Shown here: one piece after another, positions 1-15,308 of the stretch | Layout: each line of letters starts with the position of its first letter | Numbering within the stretch: position 1 is the stretch's first letter | Source of the DNA: Piromyces finnis finn | Taxonomy: Eukaryota; Fungi; Neocallimastigomycota | Direction of reading: 5' to 3' | Length of the DNA: 64,000 nt | Assembly (NCBI GenBank): GCA_002104945.1 | Contig: MCFH01000002.1 | Location: 496,001 to 560,000 of the forward strand | Made by a program: the position numbers and the translations under genes | The notes under the pieces: generated by a model | What the model was told of the DNA's origin: nothing | What the model saw: only the letters and a program-made list of their open reading frames with translations | Databases searched by the model: none

Positions 1-63
1 TTTTTTATTACATGTATTATAATTTTAATTAAATTAATAATAAAGTTTAAAATATTTGATGCC

Positions 64-119
<56 letters not shown>

Positions 120-922
120 TACTATTGTAATTTTTTTTCAATTTATTGTACCTAATACACACAACAACCAAGTACATTTTACAATATTCCTATAAATTAA
201 GGAAAATTAGTTTTATTATTTATTATAAATATTTACTTTAAATAAACAATTATATTAAGGGTAGAAATTATCATTATTATTAAGCTGTTTGTATTTCGTT
301 ATATTTTTTTACATAAAGTAAATTTTAATGTAAAATACTAAAGATAAAAAAAAAAAAGGTGATTAAAAAGTTTTTACAAAAAAAAAAAAAATATATTGAA
401 TATTGACGAATTATCATCATCAAATAAAATTCATTCTACAATTCGATTAATATAAACATATATATATGTTAATTATACATTAATTAAATTAAATAAATTA
501 TTAATTATTATTCATTGAGAAATTATATATAGATAAAAAAATCATGTGTAAAAAGTGATAGAATATTAATCCTCATACAACAAAAATAAAATAAAAATTA
601 AAAAAAAAATAAAGTGGTCAAAAAAATAACCTATAATTTTTATTTTGAATGATATTATTATCAAATCTTAATTATAATAGTATGAAAAAAATAAGCTGAT
701 TAAATTCATTTAATAACTAATTAATACCATATTAAATAATAAATAATATAAATATAAAAATCATTAAAAAAAAAAATAAAATAAATAACCAAATAAATAA
801 ATTAATAAATTATTTATTTGTGAATTTGTCAATTATTCAATATCTCAGAATTATTTAATATATATTATTAGTTATAATTTAAAATTTAAAATAAAAATAA
901 AATAAAATAAAATAAAACAAAA

Positions 923-2513
923 ATGAGCAACGAATTATCAAATTTACAAAATACTCTATCGGGTGCAGTTACTGGATTTTTAAGTGGTGTATTGACAGCA
1001 CCACTTGATGTATTAAAAATTAGAATGCAGGTAATTACAACATAATTTATATCAAAAAATTAGTAATTATTCATAAATGTATATAAAATGAATTATTTTA
1101 TTTTATTAATTTTAAAATTTTGATAAATTTTCATAATTTTTATTATTATATTAATAATATTAAATATCTGTAATTAGCTTCAAAAATCTACAAATGGAGG
1201 AGTATTAAAATATAATCACATACTGAAAAGTATAATAAGGATTTGTAGAGAAGAAGGAATTAAAGTAAGTAATCTTAAAAAATAATAATAAATAGCATTT
1301 ATTTTTGAACCTATTATTGATTTAATTTCTACATGAAATATATTTTAATTTAGGCTTTATGGAAAGGTAATATCGCAGCACAATATCTTTCAATATCATA
1401 CGGTGCTGTTCAATTCTATATATACGAGCAATCTATGAAGGGCTTTAATAAATTGGTATTTTTTTTCTATCTCGATAAATTAATTATTAATAAAATTTAA
1501 TTAATAAATTTGTAATAAATAAAATTTATTTTGAAATATATTATTTACTTTAATCAGAGAGATGAAAAGAAATATCCAATTCCATATGGAGTTCAAAATT
1601 TTGTTTCTGGTGCTATCTCAGGAGCTAATGCTGTTATAGCAACATATCGTAAATAGATTATGCATATATATATTTTTTCGAAAAAAAAATATTTAATTAA
1701 AATGAATATTTCTATATATTATTTCTACAGCATTTGATTTTTTAAGAACAAGATTCGCAACACAAGGAAATATTCATTTATACAGAAATATCCCACAAGC
1801 TACATATTTAGTAATTAAAAATGAAGGTATAAAATCCTTATACAAAGGTGTTGTACCATCAGTAGTATCTATCATACCATATATTGGTACTTCTTTCCAA
1901 ACACATTCAGTTGCACTGGATTATATTAATAGATTTACCGTAAGTAATTTATATCACGTTTTTAAATAAACATATATTTCTCTTTTAATATGATTTTTTT
2001 TTTCTAATTTAATAATAAATGATAAATTCAAATAATATTCGTTAAAATCAAGGATAAATACCCAAAAACTAAAAAATACTTAAATGACGGTACTAAAAAC
2101 TTTATAAGTGGTGGTGTAGCAGGTATATTAAGTAAATGTGTTACCATGCCTGTAAGTTTCATTATTTATAATAGTAAAAAAATAAAAAAAAAAAAAAACA
2201 TTTTATTTATTTTTTAATATATTTTTTATGAATATAGTTAGATAATATGAGAAAGGTTATGCAAGTTAATGGAGAAATAGCGAAACGTTATAAAGATGTA
2301 TATGCTATCGAAATTCAAGAAAATAATTCAACAAAATTCTTTTCTTGTATGAAAAATATGTATCATACAGAAGGTATTAAAGGATTTTATAAAGGAATTA
2401 AGCCATCACTAATAAAATCAACTTATGGTACAGCATTAACTTTCTTCTTACTTGGAGAATGTCATTCAGCATGTAGATGGTATAATAAACAAAAGAAACT
2501 TAAAGAAGAATAA
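923..2513 (+). CDS. TPC1: Mitochondrial carrier family (SLC25) protein, thiamine pyrophosphate carrier TPC1/SLC25A19-like; about 7 exons
   Basis: The ATG at 923 gives MSNELSNLQNTLSGAVTGFLSGVLTAPLDVLKIRMQ. Spliced exons give the three carrier signatures PLDVLKIR, PFDFLRTR and PLDNMRKV, plus ALWKGNIAAQYLSISYGAVQF, which I recall as TPC1-like. The last exon is ORF 2247-2513. Substrate assignment is less certain than the family. Confidence 0.8.
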
Positions 2514-3580
2514 TTTAATATTAATTGAAATTATATTTAAAATAATAACAATTATTTATTTTAATTTTATAAAGAAAAAAATTTAAAAGTATAATAAAAA
2601 ATTAAAAAAAAAAAAAAAAGAATAAAGCATAAAAAATACAGTTGGATAATTATAGATATTATATAGAATATTCCAATAAATATAAATATATAATGATATT
2701 AAATAGTGTAAAAATCTATTACTAAATAATACAATATTAATATTAATAATAGTTTTAATAATAAAAATGATTAAAAAAAAAAAAAAAGGTATTCTAAATA
2801 TATATAAATATAAATTGTTTTTTACAATATTACAATATAATTATGTTTATATTGGTGTTTTATCTAAGTCAAATTATATAATTTGGTTTAAATAGTAACC
2901 TTTTTTTTTTTTTCTAAACATTACTTATTGACCATTCATTTTAAAAATTAATTTTTCCCTTTTAGTCTATTCAATAACAATTTATTAAAAATTAAAGAAA
3001 TAAATTTTAAATAAATAGTTTATAATTTTTTAAGGAAAGACACTATTTTATAAACACGTTTAAAATTCAATCTAATAACAAAAAGAAAGAAAAAAAATTT
3101 CTATTGAATCTATTTCAATTTAGAAAAAAAAAAAAAAAAAAAGGAAAGAAAACTATAAATTATATCTATTTTTATTATTTTTATTACTTTTTTATTTATT
3201 TTATTGTAATTTAAATGCATTACTATAACGTAATTCAATATTCAGTAAAAATTATTATGTTTGTCAATAATCATTACTAATATTGATAATAAATTTTATA
3301 AAAACTTCAAAAAAAGTCTTTTCTATTTCTTAAAATATTAATAAACTTCAAATAATACAATTAAATATTATATCGGTTTATAATGTTTATATCTACTTAA
3401 ATATCTATCTTAATATTGTTATTGTTATTGTTATTATTGTTATTATTATTATTTTTTACTGTTATTATTATTATTATTATTAATTATAATTAATATAAAA
3501 AATTATTTTTATTTTATAATTATTATTAATTAAATAATGTATAATTATACATACTAAATACATTATTTAACTATAAGAAA

Positions 3581-4737
3581 TTATACACTAACACTATCGA
3601 TTTCTTTTAACTCTAGTTGACTAAATTCAATTTCTTCTTCTACATTTTGTTCCTCAAGCATTGTGTAAGATGTTTCATTTTCTTGTTTAACTGGTTTACC
3701 ATAGAGATAAGTAGCATACATTACCATTGTACAACCAATAATGAAAATTAATGTAATATTGAAATCGAAAGCAAAGAATGAAATTGTACAAGATAAGATA
3801 ATTGAAATAGAAGTAGCAAAACCCTTTAAAATATTATCAGCATATTTTACAACAACAGCGACTAATATACCACCAAATGCTTGGAATAAAATAGCTAATA
3901 CTGTCCAACGAGTGTATCCACCAAAGAAACCTTTTTCTTTAACAATTTCACCATCCATAAGTAATACACCAATAAAATAACCTGGAATAATTGAGAAGAG
4001 TGAAAGTTGAACATTTCTTGCCCAAAGAGTAACCTTACTTTTTTTAAGAATTTTTTCAAAGTATACACCAGCAATACCAGAGAGTACACAAGCAGTAATA
4101 ACAGAAATAAGACCAAGGATTTTATCACCCATTGCATTATCACTATTCTTACTTCCACTATCACCTGTTGGGAATTGAACTAATGCAATACCAATAGCTA
4201 ATAAACAAATTGATACCCATTGATGTTTAAATAAAGTACGTTTTAAAATAATAACTGAGAAAATAGCAGTGGTAATAATTTTCATTTGATATGTAACTTG
4301 ATATGTAGCTGCGTCTAATTTTGATGCGGAGAAATATTGAAGATTGTTTTGAATAAGATAAAGAACAGCAGGAACCATTACCTTAATACAATCTGATTCT
4401 TTTCCAAAAAGTTCATTTAAAAGCATCTTGAATGAATATCTTTCTGGTGGTTTTACTTCTCTAGTACGTTGAATAACATGAAACAACATTGAAGTAAAAA
4501 ACTTTAAGCATTCTGAACATACTACAGCTGTTGAAGAAAGATATTTATCTGGAAGTGTTTTTGAATAACGCAAAATTAATGCTAAAAAACTATTTTGGAA
4601 GACTAAAACAAATAAACTGACCCACTTTAAATTTACTTATTTACATTTAAAAAAAAATATTTAAAAATAAAATTAATTTTTGAAATTTAAATTATAGATT
4701 TATCTTATATATAAATCTTTCTTTATTTACCTGCCAT
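3581..4737 (-). CDS. Nucleotide-sugar (UDP-galactose-type) transporter, SLC35A/Gms1-like; 2 exons
   Basis: The 7-nt first exon ATGGCAG (4737-4731) is followed by a GT-AG intron. Exon 2 gives MAVNLKWVSLFVLVFQNSFLALILRYSK, continuing into ORF 3581-4573. SLC35A motifs: VPAVLYLIQNNLQY, LDAATYQVTYQMKI, GVYFEKILK, VVKYADNILKGFATSISI. Confidence 0.92.
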
Positions 4738-4915
4738 GGTATAACTATTTATATTATATTTCTATTAAAAAAAGTTTATATTATTTAATAGATATTCATA
4801 AAATGTTTTTTTTATTTTATCTATTTTTTTTATTATTTTTTTTGTGTTTTTTTTTTTTTTTGTTTTTTTTTTTTAATAAAAAAAAAAGAAAAAAAAATTA
4901 AATTATATATTATAT

Positions 4916-5132
4916 TATTAAGAGTTGTTTAATTTAGGTTTATAATTATGTCAACTTTATTAATATATTTTATGATAAAGAACTACTTGCGTTACATTCT
5001 TCTCAAACTACATGTATTTATACATTTACATTGTGGCTTAAACATATAATTAAATACAATATATACAAATACGTTTTAATACATTTCAATACATTTGAAT
5101 ACATGTGACATAACGTTTCACATATTCTAACA
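4916..5132 (-). repeat. 3' LTR (217 bp)
   Basis: On the minus strand it runs TGTTAGAATATG...CTCTTAATA. I found no difference from 9383-9599 by eye. Confidence 0.95.
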
Positions 5133-5144
5133 TTCCCCCTCAAA
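5133..5144 (-). other. Polypurine tract
   Basis: The minus strand reads TTTGAGGGGGAA immediately before the TG of the 3' LTR, a Copia-type PPT. Confidence 0.9.
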
Positions 5145-5504
5145 CCTAATTTTCTACTAAGTAAAATTTGGTTTGCTGGTGAATATGTGCATTTTATTAT
5201 TTCTAAACTATTAACTATAAACTAAATCTAATGTTTAAAATTTTTATATTTCATTAACTGGAATTTAAAATATTTCACAAATATTATTCACTAATTGCTT
5301 TAAAGAATTTAAATATTACCCTATAACTTCGTTTTTATGGATAAACTGAAAACCTTTGTATAATTGGGTAGTATTAAAGTTTAAAATTTGGATTGGATAT
5401 TCATAAATTGTTATACCATCCATTAAGGATTGAAAACCCTTCCGGTTTTACATTATCCTATAAACTATATTGGTAATCTCTCTGAGATTTACACAGAATT
5501 ATAG

Positions 5505-5739
5505 ACAACACATGGTTTATCTCTTTGATTTTACGTCCTTATGACAACGCATGGTTTACCTCTTTGGTTTTACGTTTTCTTAACAACTCATGGTTAACCT
5601 TTGATTTTACGTCCTTATGACAACACATATGGATAACTCTTTTTGGTTTTACGTTCTCTTAACAACCTATGGTTAATCTTCTTGGTTTTACGTTCTTCGG
5701 ACAACCTATGGATAACTCTCTGGTTTTATGTCCTTATAA
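5505..5739. repeat. About 39-bp degenerate tandem repeat, 6 units, inside the LTR element
   Basis: ACAAC-anchored units start at 5505, 5544, 5583, 5620, 5662 and 5701. The minus strand reads as decayed 13-aa units (e.g. IGCPKNVKPRRLT). Confidence 0.85.
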
Positions 5740-6125
5740 TTACAATTTTCTTTAGAATATTAGCATAATTGTATTTCAATCTATTTGTAAATACTAATTA
5801 ATAATGGTAAAATTTTAATTAAATCCTTAATAGTTATTTAGTATATGTATATTGAATTTTAACATTTTCTTTTAGGTGTTTTTCCTTCCTTTTATGCCTT
5901 TTGTATTGATTAATTATTCTTATAATATTTAAGAATATTTTACTTTGTATTTGAAATTTTGTTCTTTTCATTTTTACATATTGAATCTTATAAATTTTTA
6001 CAATTTGAATTTCAATTCATTCTATTTATTAAGCCTTAGTTTCTATGCAATGTTTTAGTTATTTCCAATGTTTAACTAGAAACAAAAATTATTATCTTGA
6101 ATTTTAAATTTTGTATATTCACTAC

Positions 6126-6593
6126 TTCCCCCTCAAATCTAGATGTTTAGTAATAAATACTTAGATTTGAAAAAGAGAAATTTAAATTTTATAAAATTTC
6201 ATTCATTTTGCATCAAATTTTCATAATAATGAATAATTTTCCATAACATATACGATAAGTATTAATACCTATATAAATAATAAATAACATATTCTAATGT
6301 TTTCATTCATTTTTCTCAATTGCTTATCCTTTAAAATATAGTGAAATAATATTTTCATGATAATATATTTTAATGTAGTGATAATCATAGAATATCAAAC
6401 TAATGAATAAAATATTCCTCAATTATGTATTTCTTTACTTCAAATTAAAATAAGTAGATATACCAGTAAAATTATAACAAGTTAATATTGTAAGATAATG
6501 ACATTTAAAATATCGATTGTTGAAGAGAATAAAGTTCTTCTAAATTATATCGAAGTCGGCTCGGTTAATTAGAATGTCAGCTAATTGGTCGGC
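6126..6593 (-). pseudogene. Decayed Copia RNase H C-terminus and a second internal PPT-like end
   Basis: Minus strand 6593-6570 encodes ADQLADIL, compared with the Copia RNase H motif DQLADILTKPL. A second TTTGAGGGGGAA lies at 6137-6126. The flanking frames are broken. Confidence 0.5.
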
Positions 6594-7696
6594 GATCACT
6601 CACTACGTTGAAAGTGGCGATTTATATATGAGGTTACTAAATCACCGTAAATTATATTTTAAAACGGCGTCACAACATTCTTGAATGTTGGTAATAAATA
6701 AATATGATGAATCAATGTCATCTAAATCTAAGGAGCCCTTACTATGAAGGTGCTACATTGTTATTGATGGGACCAAATTAAATATATATAGGTCTAAAAC
6801 CATCATTAATAATTATCTATGAATATAACTCATTTCACGCTAAGTTAAATCATGATAAGTTGATAAAATATTATTGAATATACCCATTTCACGCTAGGTT
6901 ATTCAAAGTATATATATATGTAGAATATGCTCATTTCACGCTAAGCATTTCTAACTTTAATAAATTACCTCATTTGAAATATTTGCTATGTATATTAGCA
7001 ATAACAGCCTACGGGATGAGCATTTGACCAGTAATATATTTGCTTTATAGGTAGCAATAATTTAAATAATGCTTTTGAGGCTAAATATTATCTTAAAGTA
7101 TTGTTATAATGATTTAATTCAAAGAGTAGTATACTGGATTAAATTATATAATACTGATTTGAGTGAAATTATCATAAAGAAATTGATTGACATTTTCACA
7201 AGGATAGTTTCAATGTTCATTGCATAATTTCATTACAATAGGGTATTTTATACAAACTTATCAAATAATGTTTAATTATTCTAATTCATGTTTCTAATTG
7301 TATAAATTTTATGTATTTTCTTTATGTTCTATCTTTCCTCTATGGCGGAAAGAATATTTTCTCATTAAAATAGTAGTAGTTAAAGTATTTGAATATTTCA
7401 CAAACAATTTATTTACTTGAAATAAATATGTATGCTATGCTTTCAATAACAATAATGCTATTTTATGAATGTTAATAAAACTAGTTCTTTTGAAAATAAG
7501 ATGAAATATTGGTAAATATATGTAATTATGTGTTCATGAATATTTGTGAATGGATATTTTAATAACTGGATATATGGATATTTAATGTTATTGTATGTAA
7601 ATTGACATAATGAGTAGATCAATATCAAGTTGAATAATCTTCATGCTATATAATAAACTTTATATCTTCCTAAATTATATTTTAACTATTTTCTTG

Positions 7697-8460
7697 TCAG
7701 AAGTGAGTTCTTTGACAAATAAATTTAACAACATCTATATATGGTCTTAATAGTTCTGGAACAATTAAAACATTTTCGGTTTGATAGTTTTCGAGAGTAC
7801 AGCAAAAGGTACGTCCGTTAGCACAAAGAGTACCGTTTAATAAGTGAACGTAGTTCTTAACATGGGAGTTCATCTTCTTAACACCAAACATGTTACCTAA
7901 GTTTCTAGATTGGTAATCAGTATAGTTACGACAACTATCTAATTCCTTGTATTCAGGTTGGAATGGAAAATAAGCTTAAAGATCGTGTTTCTTAGTAGCA
8001 GCATTGTTTATGACATCAGAAACAATGGCAATAACGTGATATGGAAGTTTAAGAGATTGGTAGAAATCTTCAGTAGTACTAATTAATTGTTCTAATTCTT
8101 CCCAGCTCTTTTCTGATTGACAAAAATGGATTGCTCAATCTTTTCGAATTAGTTAATGCTGGAAAAGACCCTAAGTATTTTTGCTGTGAGCACCAGCTTT
8201 CTTTTTGAAACAAATTGAATAACTAGTATCTCTGACTAATAATTACTTTTCTGGTTCACTGAACCATTTACCACCATAGAAAGTACTGATTGGTTGTTCA
8301 CTAACATTTTGGTTCTGGATCATCATTAACTTTAGAAACCATGTATAATTCTTCATCAATATCAGATAATTGAGCTGTCTTGGTCATAACATCACTCTTC
8401 ATAAGGAGTGGAATTAGAATCTTTCTGTAACCACGCTTCTTAAGGAAATATAAACCATAT
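7697..8460 (-). pseudogene. SES1: Captured, disabled fragment of cytosolic seryl-tRNA synthetase (class II catalytic domain, C-terminal portion)
   Basis: The minus strand gives YGLYFLKKRGY, KTAQLSDIDEELY, SEQPIS, CFKKKAGAH, FEKIEQ, FYQSLKLPYHV, NNAATKKHDL*AYFPFQPEYKELDSCRNYTDYQSR and HLLNGTLCANGRTFCCTLENYQT. These are SerRS motifs, interrupted by several stops and frameshifts. Confidence 0.92.
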
Positions 8461-9368
8461 AGGATTTCTAATTTCATCAGTGTTAAGATCCTTATCGGAG
8501 ATATTACATATTACAATTTTCAATATATATCATAATTGATAAATACTAATTTTCATAATTGTGTTCTCATATCCTTTCTTTAGATAATGGATGTAGAGAT
8601 CTTTATAAAATTTTGCTTTATTATAGAATTAATATGGAATGCTAGGAAATATTCTTTTTGTTACATAAATTTTAAAATTATCCTGATAAATAATCTAAGC
8701 TTAAGGAACTTATTTATTCAAATTTCACATATTATATTCTTAATATTAATACTACTATATCATATCTTCTTGAGAATAGAAGTTTTGTTACTATTGATAT
8801 TATGTCTATATTCAAGGAATATTAAATTTACTGAAAGCTTTTTGTAGTTTACTATTGACGATTTGTTTTAAGCTACAAAGTTATCAAATCAATATAGTGA
8901 TATAGGTATTGTTCCTTGGGGGTTTAAGCTATTTATTTATATTTAATTTGATTTGTATATTTTCTGAGTTTATTGAATTCAAAATAATTTAAATTTTAAT
9001 AATTTACTAGTTTTTCGGAAATTTAATGTTTGAATTCTATCATTGTAGATTAACTTATATCATATTAGAAAATATACTACTTTCTATGTTTTATTTATCA
9101 GATTGATTATTTCCTTATTTTCTATATTAAGTTACTTCGAATCTTTTATTTATGGCGAAAATAATATTTCAATCTTAAAATTTTGAAATCTCAAATTTTA
9201 GATCTCAAGATAATTTTATCAAACATAGAAAATTTCAGATTAAATAATTTAGTTCTGATAGTTAGAATTTCCTACAGTTTTCTTCTATGACAAAATGTCA
9301 TATCCGGCGGTTTGATTCATCTTTCAGAGAATCATTTGAGAATTAATGAGATTCTCTCTTGAGAGTCT

Positions 9369-9382
9369 TGAGACTCTTAATC
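9369..9382 (-). other. Primer-binding site complementary to the anticodon arm (nt 27-40) of tRNA-Lys(CUU)
   Basis: The minus strand reads GATTAAGAGTCTCA directly after the 5' LTR end. Its complement TGAGACTCTTAATC is the anticodon stem-loop of eukaryotic tRNA-Lys(CTT) as I recall it. There is no TGG-type PBS. Confidence 0.75.
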
Positions 9383-9599
9383 TATTAAGAGTTGTTTAAT
9401 TTAGGTTTATAATTATGTCAACTTTATTAATATATTTTATGATAAAGAACTACTTGCGTTACATTCTTCTCAAACTACATGTATTTATACATTTACATTG
9501 TGGCTTAAACATATAATTAAATACAATATATACAAATACGTTTTAATACATTTCAATACATTTGAATACATGTGACATAACGTTTCACATATTCTAACA
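9383..9599 (-). repeat. 5' LTR (217 bp)
   Basis: Direct repeat of 4916-5132. It is followed on the minus strand by the PBS and flanked outside by the TATAT TSD. Confidence 0.95.
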
Positions 9600-10928
9600 T
9601 ATATATTCATTATAGAAAAATGAATATATGAATATTGTATTCGACACGTGATTTGTATTTTGATCTAAAACGTATATAAATGTATAAATTGACTTTTTAT
9701 ACATTTATAATTTTTTAAATTAAAAAAAAAATTATTTTAGAAATTCTAAAATATGAAGAATAATGCTTTTTATAATTAGAAAGATAATTGATAATTTTTA
9801 TATAAATATAATATACATATATACGCTAGCATATTTTTTATAAATTATATATAGAAAGCATTTATAATTTATTGATATATAGAAAAGCATTTATATCTAT
9901 CACATCACATAACATTAACACAATTTAAAGAAATTCTATAACATAAATTCTATTTAGATTTTTTATTTAATTTTTAATCAATGATATAATGATAATGAAA
10001 TATGCAAGTTTTATTATTTTACAATAACAACAGATACTTAATTTCATTTAAAAATAAAAGTTGTATATTTAATTATGATTTTATTTTTTATTGAATGCTT
10101 TTAATTTAAAAGATATTATTAATAATAATTTTTATTATACTTGGGTTAGGAAATAATATAATGTTTAGTTGAAAATCTCTATAAAATCAGCCATATGTTA
10201 AAGCGATGTTTTAAATTTTAAATTAAAAAATTAGGTTTTTTCGTGGCTTGAAAAAAGTATATTAATATCACTTAAAAAATTAAAATTTTAATTTTTAAGT
10301 GATATTATACATATGTAGTTAATTAATTTAATATAACTTTATTTTTTTGTGTAATATATATAAAACTATAATATTTCTTTTGGTAATCTTAATACATAAT
10401 ATAATGTAATTAATAATATATAATAATAAAATCATAAAAATTCATTCGTTAGAATAAACGTTTTATATAAAATAACAATATAAAAAAAATATTATATATA
10501 TAATCATTTTATTAAATAATAAAACTTTTGAAAGTTTTAAAATTATTGTAAATTTTTAATATTCGAGGTTTTTTTTTATTTTCTCCTTTTTTTTCTTTAT
10601 ATTTTTATTAAAAAGAAAAAGTGGGAAATAATTAGTTTTTTTTTTTTTAATCATAATAACTAATCGACCTTAAAAAAAAACTCTTTTAATTCAATAAATT
10701 CAAAAAAAAAAAAAAACTTTATAAAATAAATTACCAATAATTTTTTACAAGAATTATAAAAGTATTATAATTTTTCATATTACGAAATAAAAATCTTTTC
10801 ACTTTTGTAAAAATATTACCTAAATTTTATAAAAAATTAAATATAAGATATTTAATCCTAATATAATATATAGTTTAATTAATATAGTATTTATCATTCA
10901 GATAAAAGTATAATAATTACAATAAATT

Positions 10929-14677
<3,749 letters not shown>

Positions 14678-15273
14678 GATCATTAAAAAGATTATATGTT
14701 CAAAGCAGTATGAAAAATAAAATTATATAAAACAATACAAAATTAAATATTAAAATATAAGTCAGTAAAGCAAATCAGTATATATTAAAAATAGTTTCAA
14801 TAAAAATAAAAAAAAAAGTAGAGCATTTCAATTCACTAAATAATTAAAATATTTTATATTTATAAATATAGATAATAATTTTCTTTTTTCTATTATTATT
14901 ATTTTATTTTTATTTTAAACTATATTTTATTTCGAAGTCAACTATATATACATTAATAATTAAATATAAATTTAGCAAGCTTTTAATAAAAAAAAAATTA
15001 GAAAAAAAAAAAATCAAAATAAAACGAAAAAACATTAAGTATTTTAAAATCCAAAATTCTATTTATTTAAATATGTATTAAATATTAAATATATATTTAT
15101 ATATATTTCTTTAATCATTATTATTAATTTAATATTATTTAATGGTTAAATGAAATTATAAAAACAAACAAAAAAGAAAATTAGTTTAACATGTATAAAT
15201 TATGTTTCAAAAAAAAAAAAATTATAGACATACTTATTTTTCAATGTATATTATTATAAATAATGTTAATTAT

Positions 15274-15308
<35 letters not shown>

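Larger units (their letters stand above)
4916..9599 (-). mobile_element. Non-autonomous LTR retrotransposon (Copia-like), full length, 4684 bp
   Basis: It has two 217-bp direct repeats (4916-5132 and 9383-9599) and a 5-bp TSD TATAT (4911-4915 and 9600-9604). The PPT abuts the left LTR and the PBS abuts the right LTR on the minus strand. No intact gag/pol ORF is present. Confidence 0.95.

Noticed and set aside
5505-5739. Possible CRISPR array
   Set aside because: The units are contiguous degenerate tandem copies without unique spacers.
6550-6810. Plus-strand reading resembling a kinase or PH-domain fragment (ITHYVESGDLYMRL, CYIVIDGTKLNIY)
   Set aside because: It is interrupted by stops and overlaps the minus-strand ADQLADIL motif; it cannot be assigned without a search.
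6821-6945. CRISPR-like repeat-spacer pattern
   Set aside because: Only three imperfect repeats, in a eukaryotic retroelement interior, with no cas genes. Kept only as a possible binding-site cluster.
8587-8847. 86-aa hydrophobic ORF inside the LTR element
   Set aside because: It has AT-driven F/I/L/K composition and no motif, so it is probably spurious.
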